From an uncultured Gammaproteobacteria bacterium (GTDB taxonomy: Bacteria > Pseudomonadota > Gammaproteobacteria > Arenicellales > Arenicellaceae): a stretch of DNA of 64,000 nt. Of the stretch, positions 9,331 through 19,579 are shown piece after piece; the stretch's first letter is position 1; the number at the start of each line of letters is the position of its first letter. Both the position numbers and the translations under genes were made by a program. Location of the stretch: contig CAYVYS010000007.1 in the NCBI GenBank assembly GCA_964455815.1, positions 2,887 through 66,886 of the forward strand, in the 5' to 3' direction. A model generated the notes under the pieces. The model ran no database searches and was not told the origin of the DNA. It saw nothing but the letters and a program-made list of their open reading frames with translations.

Positions 9331-10317
9331 ATGCAAATCGGTCCTTACAAACTGGCAAATCAGGTAATCGCCGCACCGATGGCTGGAGTCAGCGACAAAC
9401 CTTATCGTCAAGTTTGCCGACAACACGGAGCTGGTATGGTGGTTTCCGAGATGGTAACGAGTCGCAGCGATTTGCGTCATACCACCAAGAGCCGATATCG
9501 ACATGATTTATGTGGCGAACCTGAACCCGTGGTCGTGCAAATGGTTGGCACCGAACCCGAGTTACTAGCCGAGGCCGCGCAATACAATGTTGCTAATGGC
9601 GCACAGATTATTGACATTAATATGGGTTGCCCGGCCAAGAAAGTGTGTAAAAAAGCGGCCGGCTCTGCCTTATTGGCCGATGAACAGCTAGTCGATACGA
9701 TTTTACGCAGTGTCGTTGCCGCCGTTGAGGTACCAGTTACTGTCAAAGTACGCACCGGCACAGACCCGCAGCGTCGTAATATTGTGACAATCGCGCAGAT
9801 TGCCGAACAGGCAGGCATTCAGGCGATTACGATTCATGGGCGTACGCGCGCCTGTCGTTTTGTTGGTGAGGTCGAATACGATAGTATTCGTGCCGCTAAA
9901 GATGCCGTGTCTATTCCAGTGATCGCTAATGGCGACATAGATTCACCACAAAAAGCCAGGCAAGTCTTGGATTACACCAAGGCAGATGCAGTCATGATTG
10001 GGCGCGCTGCTCAAGGCAAGCCTTGGCTATTCAGTCAGATTGCGCACTATTTGCAAAACCAGCAACCTTTGCCTGCACCTTCATTGCAGGAACGAGCGCA
10101 TACGATTGTCAGCCATGTGCAGGCAATTCACGAATTTTATGGCGAACATCTTGGAGTACGTTTCGCTCGTAAACATATTAAATGGTATTTATCTCACTGG
10201 CCCATGCCTTGTCAGACACACTACCGCCAACAACTAACCACAACTGAAAACACACACGAGCAAGTCGATCTACTCAGGCAGTTTCTAGAATTCTGCCTAT
10301 TACAAGATGCCGCTTAG
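9331..10317 (+). CDS. dusB: tRNA-dihydrouridine synthase B
   Basis: APMAGVSD, IDINMGCPAKKV, IHGRTR, IANGDI, VMIGR, RKHIKWY. Confidence 0.96.
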   Translation: MQIGPYKLANQVIAAPMAGVSDKPYRQVCRQHGAGMVVSEMVTSRSDLRHTTKSRYRHDLCGEPEPVVVQMVGTEPELLAEAAQYNVANGAQIIDINMGCPAKKVCKKAAGSALLADEQLVDTILRSVVAAVEVPVTVKVRTGTDPQRRNIVTIAQIAEQAGIQAITIHGRTRACRFVGEVEYDSIRAAKDAVSIPVIANGDIDSPQKARQVLDYTKADAVMIGRAAQGKPWLFSQIAHYLQNQQPLPAPSLQERAHTIVSHVQAIHEFYGEHLGVRFARKHIKWYLSHWPMPCQTHYRQQLTTTENTHEQVDLLRQFLEFCLLQDAA

Positions 10318-10322
10318 AGTGC

Positions 10323-10580
10323 ATGAAAAAAACTAAAACAAAAATGACCAAGTCAGACCCCCTTGCTGATTGCGTAACGCATTCAATGGAGCAATATTTC
10401 CAGGACATGAACGGCCAGGAACCTACTAATTTACATAACTTTTTTATGGGCGAAGTTGAGCGCCCGTTCTTAAAAGTGGTAATGCAGCAAGTGAATGGTA
10501 ATCAAACGCGTGCCGCCGACATGCTAGGCATCAATCGAAACACTCTACGAAAGAAACTTAAAAGCTATAACCTTGTATGA
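10323..10580 (+). CDS. fis: DNA-binding protein Fis
   Basis: VERPFL..VM...[26 protein letters not shown], immediately after dusB. Confidence 0.92.
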   Translation: MKKTKTKMTKSDPLADCVTHSMEQYFQDMNGQEPTNLHNFFMGEVERPFLKVVMQQVNGNQTRAADMLGINRNTLRKKLKSYNLV

Positions 10581-12205
10581 GCTCTACTAATTCTAATCAG
10601 GCGCACGATAGTACCTCTGGCCGCGGGCGCAATAGTTCTTCTGGCCGCGGGCGCATTATTCCCAAACGCGCGTTAATCAGCGTTTCTGATAAAACCGGCG
10701 TGATTGACTTCGCTCACGGTTTACATAACGCCGGAGTTGAATTGCTCTCCACGGGGGGCACCGCCAATTTGATTGACCAAGCCGGGATCCCGGTTACTGA
10801 AGTCTCTGACTACACGGGCTTTCCTGAGATGATGGATGGGCGCGTTAAAACTCTGCATCCGAAAGTGCATGGCGGCATTCTGGGACGACGTGGTACCGAT
10901 GACGAGATCATGAATGAACACCGCATCACACCAATCGATATGGTAGTGGTGAATCTCTACCCGTTTAAACAAACAGTAGAACGAGACGATTGCGATTTAC
11001 CGATGGCAATTGAGAATATCGATATCGGTGGCCCAACCATGGTTCGATCCGCCGCCAAAAATCATCGCGATGTCGCCATCGTGGTTGACGCCGGCGACTA
11101 TGATGATTTGTTACAGCAAATCAGCACGGGCGGTATTAACGAAGCAAGCCGTTTTCGCTTGGCAACCAAAGCCTTTGAGCACACGGCTCAATACGATGGC
11201 ATGATCGCCAATTATCTTGGTGCCATCAATAGTGATGGAGAATCGGAGCGCTTTGCTAACACTTTTAACCAGCAGTTCACGCTTAAGCAGGTGATGCGTT
11301 ACGGCGAAAATCCGCATCAAGCAGCGGCCTTTTATGTAGAAGACCAAGCACCAATCGGCATTGCCACCGCCACTCAGGTGCAGGGCAAAGAACTCTCTTA
11401 TAACAACATCGCCGATACCGACGCTGCACTAGAGTGTGTTAAACAGTTTATTGACGCTCCATGCTGCGTGATCGTAAAACACGCCAACCCATGTGGTGTT
11501 GCTATAGGCTCATCGATTGGCGAGGCTTACGACAAGGCCTATCAAACTGATCCTGAATCGGCCTTTGGTGGCATTATCGCGTTTAATCAAACGCTCGATG
11601 GTGACACCACCAAACGCATTCTTGAGCAGCAATTTGTGGAAGTCATAATTGCGCCTGAGTTTGATCCAACAGCCATAGAGGCGCTCACCAACAAACCCAA
11701 TGTTCGGGCCTTGCAATGCGGGATCTGGAGCGATGCCGATCGCAATCCAAGCGAATACAAACGAGTTACCGGTGGCTTATTGGTGCAAGATAATGACTTA
11801 GCTCTCACCAACAAACTTGAAACCGTGACCACGGTAGCGCCGAGCGATCAACAAATGGCCGATCTATTATTTGCCTGGAAGGTCGCCAAGTATGTTAAAT
11901 CCAATGCCATCATCTACGCCAAAGACCAAATGACCATCGGCGTTGGCGCAGGGCAAATGAGCCGTGTGAACTCGGCTCGCATCGCTGGTATTAAGGCTGA
12001 ACATGCTGGCCTTGAAGTGCCCGGATCAGTAATGGCGAGTGACGCTTTCTTTCCATTTCGCGATGGTATTGATAATGCCGCCAACGCGGGTATCAAAGCC
12101 GTTATACAACCCGGTGGCTCGATGCGCGATGATGAAGTAATCGCCGCTGCCAACGAAGCAGGCATCGCTATGGTGTTTACTGGCATGCGTCACTTTCGAC
12201 ACTAA
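10577..12205 (+). CDS. purH: Bifunctional AICAR transformylase/IMP cyclohydrolase
   Basis: [67 protein letters not shown]. Confidence 0.98.
   Translation: MSSTNSNQAHDSTSGRGRNSSSGRGRIIPKRALISVSDKTGVIDFAHGLHNAGVELLSTGGTANLIDQAGIPVTEVSDYTGFPEMMDGRVKTLHPKVHGGILGRRGTDDEIMNEHRITPIDMVVVNLYPFKQTVERDDCDLPMAIENIDIGGPTMVRSAAKNHRDVAIVVDAGDYDDLLQQISTGGINEASRFRLATKAFEHTAQYDGMIANYLGAINSDGESERFANTFNQQFTLKQVMRYGENPHQAAAFYVEDQAPIGIATATQVQGKELSYNNIADTDAALECVKQFIDAPCCVIVKHANPCGVAIGSSIGEAYDKAYQTDPESAFGGIIAFNQTLDGDTTKRILEQQFVEVIIAPEFDPTAIEALTNKPNVRALQCGIWSDADRNPSEYKRVTGGLLVQDNDLALTNKLETVTTVAPSDQQMADLLFAWKVAKYVKSNAIIYAKDQMTIGVGAGQMSRVNSARIAGIKAEHAGLEVPGSVMASDAFFPFRDGIDNAANAGIKAVIQPGGSMRDDEVIAAANEAGIAMVFTGMRHFRH
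10610..10657 (+). repeat. 24-bp in-frame tandem duplication in the purH N-terminus
   Basis: AGTACCTCTGGCCGCGGGCGCAAT followed by AGTTCTTCTGGCCGCGGGCGCATT, with a 16-bp identical core; encodes S(T/S)SGRGR twice. Confidence 0.8.
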
Positions 12206-12236
12206 ATTTTATTTGGGCTTTATTTGGAGACATTCG

Positions 12237-13508
12237 ATGCGCTTACTTTTTCTACTAGGCTTGTTTTTGAGTTTCTCTGCTGGTGCAAATGCTCAAACAA
12301 TCATCAAAGCCGATGCCTTGGTCGATGTTATAAAGGGTCGAGTCATTGCAAACCCACGGATCTTGATTAACGATGGGCGAATCGAATCTTTACAGGCTTC
12401 GGATTCAGCTGACGCAGAAATTATCGACCTAAGCGGGCACACTTTGTTGCCAGGCATGATCGATATGCATGTGCACCTAACCTCTAGTGCCGATGAACAT
12501 GGTTACAAACGTCTTAGCACTTCTAAAGCTCGAGCGGTGTTACGAGGTAGTTTGTATGCCAAACAAACCTTACTGGCCGGGGTTACTAGCGCACGCAATC
12601 TTGGCGCACCTGGTTTCATCGACGTGGCGCTGCGCGACGCTATTAATGCCAAAGAAATAGTCGGGCCAAGGTTATTTGTCTCCGGCCCTTCGTTGAGCAT
12701 TACTGGCGGGCATTGCGACAATAACTTGTTACCAATCGATTTTGATACCCAGAGCGATGGTGTTGCCGACGGGCCATGGGATGTTGCTAAGGCCGTGCGA
12801 CGCAATATCAAATACGGGGCGAATGTTATTAAGGTTTGCGCCACCGGCGGGGGTTTGTCAAAAGGCACCAAAGTTGGTGTACAGCAGTATTCCTTAGAAG
12901 AACTCAGTAAAGCGGTCAGCGAAGCACACCGGCGCGGCATCACTGTTGCTGCGCATGCCCATGGCACTGAAGGTATTACCGCCTCAATCAAAGCCGGAGT
13001 TGATAGCGTAGAACATGCCAGTTTTATTGATGATGAAGGCATTAAACTGGCCAAGAAAAATGGCACAGTGTTGTCTATGGACATCTACGTCACTGAATAT
13101 ATTTTGAGCGAGGGCGAGAAAGCTGGCATTCTTGAAGAAAGCCTTGAGAAGGAGCGACAAACCGGCGGCAAACAACGAGAGAATTTTCGAAAGGCAGTCG
13201 AAGCTGGTGTAAAAATGGTCATGGGCACTGACGCTGGAGTCTACCCGCATGGCGATAACTTGAAGCAATTATCGCGCATGGTTGAGTTTGGCATGACACC
13301 GATGCAGGCTCTACAGGCGGCGTCAATAAACGCGGCAGAACTACTCAATCAGGAAAGTGAAATTGGCTCAGTATCGGTTGGCAAACTAGCCGATATCATT
13401 GCCGTGAAAGGCGACCCAATCGACGACATCAGCCTAATGGAAGAGGTAAAATTTGTGATGCAAGGTGGGCAAATAGTTAAATCAGTTAGTTCAAAACAAA
13501 ACGATTAA
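12237..13508 (+). CDS. Secreted metal-dependent amidohydrolase (Xaa-Pro dipeptidase-like)
   Basis: Signal peptide; PGMIDMHVH, VIKVCATGG, AAHAHG, SVEHAS, GTDAG, GKLADIIAV. Confidence 0.86.
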   Translation: MRLLFLLGLFLSFSAGANAQTIIKADALVDVIKGRVIANPRILINDGRIESLQASDSADAEIIDLSGHTLLPGMIDMHVHLTSSADEHGYKRLSTSKARAVLRGSLYAKQTLLAGVTSARNLGAPGFIDVALRDAINAKEIVGPRLFVSGPSLSITGGHCDNNLLPIDFDTQSDGVADGPWDVAKAVRRNIKYGANVIKVCATGGGLSKGTKVGVQQYSLEELSKAVSEAHRRGITVAAHAHGTEGITASIKAGVDSVEHASFIDDEGIKLAKKNGTVLSMDIYVTEYILSEGEKAGILEESLEKERQTGGKQRENFRKAVEAGVKMVMGTDAGVYPHGDNLKQLSRMVEFGMTPMQALQAASINAAELLNQESEIGSVSVGKLADIIAVKGDPIDDISLMEEVKFVMQGGQIVKSVSSKQND

Positions 13509-14114
13509 GCGCAAGCCGATTAAAGCTAAAAGAATCGCAGCGAATCGATCCAGCCAAACCTTAGCGGCCGCATAGAGCCGTCTAGAACGTTGTGCTGATA
13601 AACATAGCGCCACGAAAGCGTACCAAGAAAAGTCGATCACAAAAGCAATTATCGCAATCAATGGCACGGTGAACGAGGGCGGCTCAGCTGGCATGAATGC
13701 GGCAAAAATCCCAGCGATAACTAAAGCTGTCTTAGGGTTGCTAGTTTGCACCACTAAACCTTGCATAAAGGATTGAGAAAAGCTCCCTTGTTGGCTATCT
13801 GAATTTACCTTGGTCTCTAGAGGCTCACTGGCGGCCTGCCAAATTCGCCAGGCAAGATAGATCAAATAAGCCCCGCCAATTATCTTAAACACCAGATACG
13901 CGGTGGGTACGGTTTGCAAAAGCGCGGTGACACCGAGACCTGCCAGCACAGCAAAGATCGACACACCTAGGCCAGTTCCCACGGCAGTAGCCAAACCATG
14001 CGCCCGCGATTTTCCCAAAGCGTTTCGAGCCACCACAAAGAAACTCGGTCCCGGGCTCATGGCACCAAAAAACAGGATGCTGGCTATGCCGAGCAAAAAA
14101 GCATAGTCACTCAT
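13491..14114 (-). CDS. LysE/RhtB family translocator
   Basis: SPGPSF, GGAYLIYLAW, SNPKTA motifs; hydrophobic, about 207 aa. Confidence 0.88.
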   Translation of the reverse strand: MSDYAFLLGIASILFFGAMSPGPSFFVVARNALGKSRAHGLATAVGTGLGVSIFAVLAGLGVTALLQTVPTAYLVFKIIGGAYLIYLAWRIWQAASEPLETKVNSDSQQGSFSQSFMQGLVVQTSNPKTALVIAGIFAAFMPAEPPSFTVPLIAIIAFVIDFSWYAFVALCLSAQRSRRLYAAAKVWLDRFAAILLALIGLRLIVLF

Positions 14115-15274
14115 GTCGACGCCTTATCTAAGCCAATAAAACGAGCAACATCATCGACTAATTCAATCACTGGCTGTGCTGTGATCATTCGATACAGATC
14201 TTTGTACTGTTCGCTCCCAATTTTAAGCTTAGCGTGAATCTCTGCTTTTTCGCTTAATGGTTTATCGACCAAGTCATCCCACTCTACACCCTGATGAGCA
14301 CGAGTCGAAGAAGGTAGCCATTCAGTCTTTTTCGCCGATGGTGAAAACACTGCAACGCTTGGGATAGCTAAAGCCTGAGCTATGTGTCGCGGGCCGCCTT
14401 CATTGCCGATGAATAAATCGCAATGTGAAATAAGCCCGGCAAGTTCCATCAAATTTTTAGTCTTAATGCCGGTAATAATGTCTGGGTTGGATTCCATTTG
14501 CGCATGAAATTGATGAACGTCATCAAGCTCAGCCTCCGAGCCATAGTAAAGCACAAGTTGCGCATTGTATTTACGCAAACAATGTTGAGCGACTTCTTGG
14601 ATGTGCTGCATGCGCCATTTCTTGTGCGCTAACTTAGCCGTAACCGCAAACACAAAAAGAGGACGATCAAAGCTTACCCCTCGCTGGCTAAGTTCCTGGC
14701 GAAACTGTGCTTTCGTGTTTGCTGGTAAGTTGATCGCCATCTGCTCATTCAACTTAGTATCAAAACCGAGCTCACCAAGCGGTTCCAGCAAGGCAAGACG
14801 TTCAATAATTTTATGACCGAGCTTTGGCGTGGCATCAACGGTGTGCGTAAAAAATCGCCCACGACCCGATTTAGTTCGGCCTATACAAATGGCTTTAGGT
14901 CTTGCACACAACAAAGAGATTAATTCGCTTTTGTTGGTTGATTGCGCGTCAACAATTAAATCATATTTACCTAATCTCAATAACCGACCAAGATAAGCTA
15001 TTGGGTTTTTGCGTTGCCGCGTGGTCAGTACAATCGTTTGATCAACGAACGGATGATCATCAAATAGACTGCCTGACGCCTCGTGCATTAAGTAATGTAC
15101 CTCAGAATCAGGAAAGCTTTCTTTCAGAGAATTTGCCAGCACAGAGGTCAGCATTACGTCGCCAATCCATTTAAAACGGATAATCAGAATTCTGGGCGCA
15201 CGAGGGAAGCTCTCTGGCTGATAATGAGCCTGAGCCTGCCCAGGAAAAATGGCCGAAATCAATTTACCAAACAT
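14111..15274 (-). CDS. Glycosyltransferase family 9 (heptosyltransferase-like)
   Basis: ILIIRFKWIGDVMLT, DLFIGNEGGPRHIAQAL, SVAVFSP. Confidence 0.86.
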   Translation of the reverse strand: MFGKLISAIFPGQAQAHYQPESFPRAPRILIIRFKWIGDVMLTSVLANSLKESFPDSEVHYLMHEASGSLFDDHPFVDQTIVLTTRQRKNPIAYLGRLLRLGKYDLIVDAQSTNKSELISLLCARPKAICIGRTKSGRGRFFTHTVDATPKLGHKIIERLALLEPLGELGFDTKLNEQMAINLPANTKAQFRQELSQRGVSFDRPLFVFAVTAKLAHKKWRMQHIQEVAQHCLRKYNAQLVLYYGSEAELDDVHQFHAQMESNPDIITGIKTKNLMELAGLISHCDLFIGNEGGPRHIAQALAIPSVAVFSPSAKKTEWLPSSTRAHQGVEWDDLVDKPLSEKAEIHAKLKIGSEQYKDLYRMITAQPVIELVDDVARFIGLDKAST

Positions 15275-15376
15275 GGCAAAAAAACGCTGCTGCGCGACGA
15301 TCAAAAGAGAGGCGTTAGTATAAGCGTCTTTCCCACTCTAAGCACAATTATGCTATGCTCCGCGACGTCAAATTGA

Positions 15377-15490
15377 CGCCCAGGGGGCGGCTGACCTTTT
15401 CAGCCTGAGATTTGTTGATGTGTGCTTTTTTTGCACGAGGCAACATAACCCCATGAACCTGATCCGGTTAGCACCGGCGTAGGGATGGGG
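15377..15490 (+). promoter_or_regulatory. TPP (thiamine pyrophosphate) riboswitch
   Basis: GGGG..CTGAGA..ACCC..GAACCTGATCCGGTTAGCACCGGCGTAGGGA conserved core with P3 (GGCTGA/TCAGCC) and an extended P3a; about 105 nt before the TBDR start. Confidence 0.94.
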
Positions 15491-15595
15491 AATCGACTTG
15501 CATTTGAGAACTTTTGAAAAAGTACTTTAGTAAAGTCACCTACCACGCCTGCCGGGTCTTTCTTTTATTAAATCTTTTAATTAAGAGACGAGACC

Positions 15596-17731
15596 ATGAA
15601 ATACAAAAACCTTAATCTACTTGCTATGTTCTCATTGAGCCTAGCTTGCCATACAGCCGCCTTTGCGCAATCTACCGAAGAACTGATCGTTACCGCCGAG
15701 CTTATTCAAAAAAGCGTGTTGGACTTACCCAATAGTGTCAGCGTTATCGATAGCGGTGAGATAGAACAGCGGAATGCGCAACACCTAGAAGATCTGTTAA
15801 ATCTTGCTCCCAACGTTAATTATTCGACCGGTGCGTCACGTGGGAGATTTATTCAAATTCGAGGTATAGGTGAGCGCAGTGAATTCCAAGAACCCATTAT
15901 CAATTCGGTTGGTGTCGTTGTCGATGGCATTGATCTCACTGGGATTGCCACAGCCGCAACGACGTTAGATACCCGCCAGGTTGAAGTCTTGCGCGGGCCA
16001 CAAGGCACATTGTTTGGCGCCAACGCCTTGGCCGGCCTAATCAATATTGTTAGCAATCGCCCGAGTCAGGAATTTGACGTAAAACTTGGCGCGCGGTTTG
16101 AAGAGTTTGGTGGCTTTGGACTCGATGGCGTGGTTACTGGGCCTTTGTCGGAGCGCACGGCCTATCGACTTGCGATTAAAAAGTACGAAAGTGACGGTTT
16201 TACCGACGCCGTATTTCTAGGCCGCGACGACACCAATAATATCGACGAAACAACCGCGCGGGCGCGCTTAACTCACCGAGTTAATGATCGATTAGAACTT
16301 GACGCCACTTTACTACTGGCAGATATCGATAATGGCTATGACGCTTTTAGCCTGGACAATACTCGCACCACCTTCACCGATGACCCAGGCTTTGATCGTC
16401 AGGATACCACCGCCGCCTCCTTGCGAGCGAACTATCAAATCAATGAACAATTGCGCTTTGAAAGTTTGCTTAGCTTTGCTGACAGTTCGCTTGAATATGC
16501 CTTTGACGAAGACTGGAGCAATGTCGGCATTTGCGATAACACCGCTTGCGATCCAGACTTGTTGGGTTTTGATTTGTTCTTTGTTTCTTTTGATAGCTAT
16601 TTTCGCGAGAACGATAACACCAGTGTTGATCTAAAATTAGTCTCTGAACGAGAGAACCTCTCCTGGGTTGCTGGCTTATATGTTCGCGATCAGAGCATCC
16701 AACTCGAGCGCATCTATACGTTTTTAGAAAACGATTTCGCTAGCCGTTTCGACACTACAAATGCGGCGGCTTATGGCCAAGTTGATCTAAATCTTGGTGG
16801 CAACTGGGCGCTTACTACTGGCTTGCGATTAGAACAACGAGACGGCGACTACAGCGATAATAATGGCGCCACCGCCAACCCAGATGAATCATTCTGGGGC
16901 GGGCGAATTGCATTACAATATCATGCTGACAATGGCGCCTTATTCTACGGCCTGGTCTCTCGCGGTTATCAAACTGGCGGGTTTAATCTGGGTGGCAATA
17001 TTGACCCAGCCGATTTGGAATTCGACACCGAGACCATGATCAATTATGAACTCGGGTTAAAGCAACAATGGTTTGATGGTGCCTTAAATCTGCAAGCTTC
17101 TGTGTTCTTTCAGGATCGACAAGACATTCAAACTAGCCAATCAATCGTGCGCTCGATCGCTACCGGCGAGATTGGCGGCTTATGCCCATGCTCGTTTACC
17201 GACTTTACTGGCAACGCAGCCAGTGGCACCAATATGGGCTTAGAAGTTGAAGTAGATTGGGCGGTTAACGATCGCTTTGCGGTCTACGCAACCTTAGGTT
17301 TATTGGATACCGAGTTCGATGAACTATTGAGCTTTGACCATATTAATGCTGATCGAGACAATGGCATCGCCTTTGATTTATCAGGTCGGGACCAAGCTCA
17401 TGCACCAAACTATCAGTGGGTTATTGGCGGCTCTTATGCGATAACTCCGCGTATTGCCATAAGCGGCTCAGTCGAAGCAAAAGACGCCTTCTTCTTTTCT
17501 GAGCGACACGAAGAGCGCTCTGACAGCTACGAATTAGTCAATCTCGAATTAGGTTATCAGGGCGACAATTGGTCAATGGCAGTCTATGGTAAGAACCTAA
17601 CAGATGAGCTAATTCAAACCCGCGGCTTCGGCAGCTTTGGTAACGACCCGAGAAACTTCTACGAAACCCAGGAGTACAATCAGTTTGGCGCACCACGCGT
17701 GGTTGGCGTTAAAGCTGAATTTGATTTTTGA
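15596..17731 (+). CDS. TonB-dependent receptor, probably for thiamine or a thiamine precursor
   Basis: Signal peptide, TonB box EELIVTA, plug motifs (IQIRGIG, EVLRGPQGTLFG), C-terminal Phe; under the TPP riboswitch. Confidence 0.92.
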   Translation: MKYKNLNLLAMFSLSLACHTAAFAQSTEELIVTAELIQKSVLDLPNSVSVIDSGEIEQRNAQHLEDLLNLAPNVNYSTGASRGRFIQIRGIGERSEFQEPIINSVGVVVDGIDLTGIATAATTLDTRQVEVLRGPQGTLFGANALAGLINIVSNRPSQEFDVKLGARFEEFGGFGLDGVVTGPLSERTAYRLAIKKYESDGFTDAVFLGRDDTNNIDETTARARLTHRVNDRLELDATLLLADIDNGYDAFSLDNTRTTFTDDPGFDRQDTTAASLRANYQINEQLRFESLLSFADSSLEYAFDEDWSNVGICDNTACDPDLLGFDLFFVSFDSYFRENDNTSVDLKLVSERENLSWVAGLYVRDQSIQLERIYTFLENDFASRFDTTNAAAYGQVDLNLGGNWALTTGLRLEQRDGDYSDNNGATANPDESFWGGRIALQYHADNGALFYGLVSRGYQTGGFNLGGNIDPADLEFDTETMINYELGLKQQWFDGALNLQASVFFQDRQDIQTSQSIVRSIATGEIGGLCPCSFTDFTGNAASGTNMGLEVEVDWAVNDRFAVYATLGLLDTEFDELLSFDHINADRDNGIAFDLSGRDQAHAPNYQWVIGGSYAITPRIAISGSVEAKDAFFFSERHEERSDSYELVNLELGYQGDNWSMAVYGKNLTDELIQTRGFGSFGNDPRNFYETQEYNQFGAPRVVGVKAEFDF

Positions 17732-17892
17732 TCAACCAGATTTACAGACACTTAGAGTCTTTATTTGATGATCAGGACTAGCTACTACAATTTGCAAGCG
17801 TATTCAGTAGTTCCATTAGATGATTTTTACTTCCGACTCCTTAACTTGTAAAACTGCAACACACTAAAGAGAAAACAATTGAAAGGTGCGAA

Positions 17893-18159
17893 ATGAAACT
17901 ATCTGTTGAAATCAGTATGTACCCCTTGCAAGCGGATTATAAAAGTAAGATCAACGCTTTTTTAGAACAACTGAATTCGCAAGCTGGGGACGTAGAGATT
18001 CGCACCTCGAATATGAGCACTCGCCTATTTGGTGATTTTGATCAGCTTACAAACTTACTGAACCAGGCGATGAAAGACTCAATGCAAAGGTTCGGCAAAA
18101 TCGTCTTTGTCTGTAAATATTTGGAAGGCGATGCGCGCGAACTAAAAAGCTATGACTGA
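17893..18159 (+). CDS. YkoF/thiamine-binding family small protein
   Basis: 'SVEISMYPL' and 'MSTRLFGDFD' ferredoxin-like pattern; lies in the TPP-controlled operon. Confidence 0.75.
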   Translation: MKLSVEISMYPLQADYKSKINAFLEQLNSQAGDVEIRTSNMSTRLFGDFDQLTNLLNQAMKDSMQRFGKIVFVCKYLEGDARELKSYD

Positions 18160-18760
18160 CTTTTTTGCGCGTGTTTATGCCGATTTGCTAGCGACTTCTT
18201 CTTTGGAGCTAATCGCGGTTGTTTTCGGCGTTGCCTATATTCTATTGGCGACCAGACAAAATATCTGGTGTTGGCCAGCAGCTTTAGTTAGCACTGGCAC
18301 CAGCGTCTATTTATTTTGGGATGGACGTTTATTGATGGAATCGGCGCTCAACGTTTATTACCTGGCCATGGCGGTATATGGCTGGTATCAATGGCGCTAT
18401 GGCGGCACACAAAACGGCAAATTAGCAGTGCGCTCCTTTAGTACAACCGAGCACCTGCTCGCTATAGTTAGTGTGGCAATACTCGCTTTAGTCTCCGGCT
18501 ACTTTTTAGCTCAGAAAACGCAGGCAGCGCTGCCGTATTTAGATTCTTTTACCACTTGGTCGGCAGTGATTACCACCTGGATGGTAGCGCGTAAAATTTT
18601 AGAAAACTGGTTGTATTGGATCATAATTAATAGCGCCACGATCTATCTGTATTTGGATCGCGGTTTCGCTCTGTATGCGCTGTTGTTTGTGGTTTATATA
18701 GTGCTCTCGATGATTGGTTTTTTGCAGTGGCGCAAAAGCCTTCAACAACAAGCTACCTAA
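18152..18760 (+). CDS. pnuC: PnuC-family transporter (PnuT, thiamine-type by context)
   Basis: NIWCWP, YGWYQW, LPYLDSFTT, RKILENWLYW motifs. Confidence 0.9.
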   Translation: MTDFFARVYADLLATSSLELIAVVFGVAYILLATRQNIWCWPAALVSTGTSVYLFWDGRLLMESALNVYYLAMAVYGWYQWRYGGTQNGKLAVRSFSTTEHLLAIVSVAILALVSGYFLAQKTQAALPYLDSFTTWSAVITTWMVARKILENWLYWIIINSATIYLYLDRGFALYALLFVVYIVLSMIGFLQWRKSLQQQAT

Positions 18761-19579
18761 ATGCCGTCGCCAATCGATAATTGGCAAGCGTGGGGCTTTA
18801 CGCAAGCACCAAGGTTAGTTCGGCAGTTTGATTCCGGGGAGAATCATCAATGTTGGTTGATTCAGAGTGAGGGCAAACAATGGGTCGTAAAACGGTTTGA
18901 ACATTCCTTTGAGCAAGCGCTACAAGGCCAGCAACTGGCTAACGATCAAAACCTAGCTCCGCTTGTTAATGTGGCCAGGAAACCCTGGTTGCTAATGGAG
19001 TTCATCGAACACGAGACTAAATTTAAACCAACAGACCATCAACTTAAGTCAATAGCGGCTAGCTTGGCAGAACTGCATGGTATTTCTGAATCGTCATTCC
19101 GATTTGATTTATTAGAATTTGCGAATGGCTATTTAGATTCCGTATCAAATTTTGAACGCATCAAGCATCAAGAGATGCTGATAGCACTCGATTATTTTGT
19201 GAATGACACAACTCCCTGGTGTTTTTGTCATAACGATTTGGTGCTGGAGAACATTGTCATCGAAGCAAATAGAACTCGTTTTTTGGATTGGGAGTTCGCC
19301 GGGCTGAACAATCCCTGGTTTGATATCGCAGCGATTCTTGTTTATGCCGATCTAAGCGCCGACCAGACAACAGAATTTCTGAATGCCTATGGCGCGAACG
19401 TTAGTTCGCCATGGTCAAACAAACAGGGCCGTGCGATATTTTGGAGTGCGCAAGTGAGCCTCTTATGGCTGGACTTAATCTGGCACGCCGCCCGGGACCC
19501 GAACTATCGACACGCGCATCAGTGGCGTTATCGACAAGTGGACCAACTATTGAAAAACTTTCAAACAAGCCTGGCCTAA
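18761..19579 (+). CDS. Choline/aminoglycoside-kinase-fold phosphotransferase, putative thiamine kinase
   Basis: CHNDLVLEN (Brenner-like), DWEFAGLNNPWFDIA; directly after pnuC. Confidence 0.78.
   Translation: MPSPIDNWQAWGFTQAPRLVRQFDSGENHQCWLIQSEGKQWVVKRFEHSFEQALQGQQLANDQNLAPLVNVARKPWLLMEFIEHETKFKPTDHQLKSIAASLAELHGISESSFRFDLLEFANGYLDSVSNFERIKHQEMLIALDYFVNDTTPWCFCHNDLVLENIVIEANRTRFLDWEFAGLNNPWFDIAAILVYADLSADQTTEFLNAYGANVSSPWSNKQGRAIFWSAQVSLLWLDLIWHAARDPNYRHAHQWRYRQVDQLLKNFQTSLA

Noticed and set aside
12503-13084. Long antisense ORFs in the track (e.g. 12503-13084, 9477-9818, 30307-30693, 54526-54852)
   Set aside because: They fully overlap well-supported genes on the opposite strand and show the composition typical of antisense shadows.
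17768-17851. 27-codon ORF (MIRTSYYNLQAYSVVPLDDFYFRLLNL) inside the thiamine operon spacer
   Set aside because: No clear RBS and no recognisable features; insufficient support.
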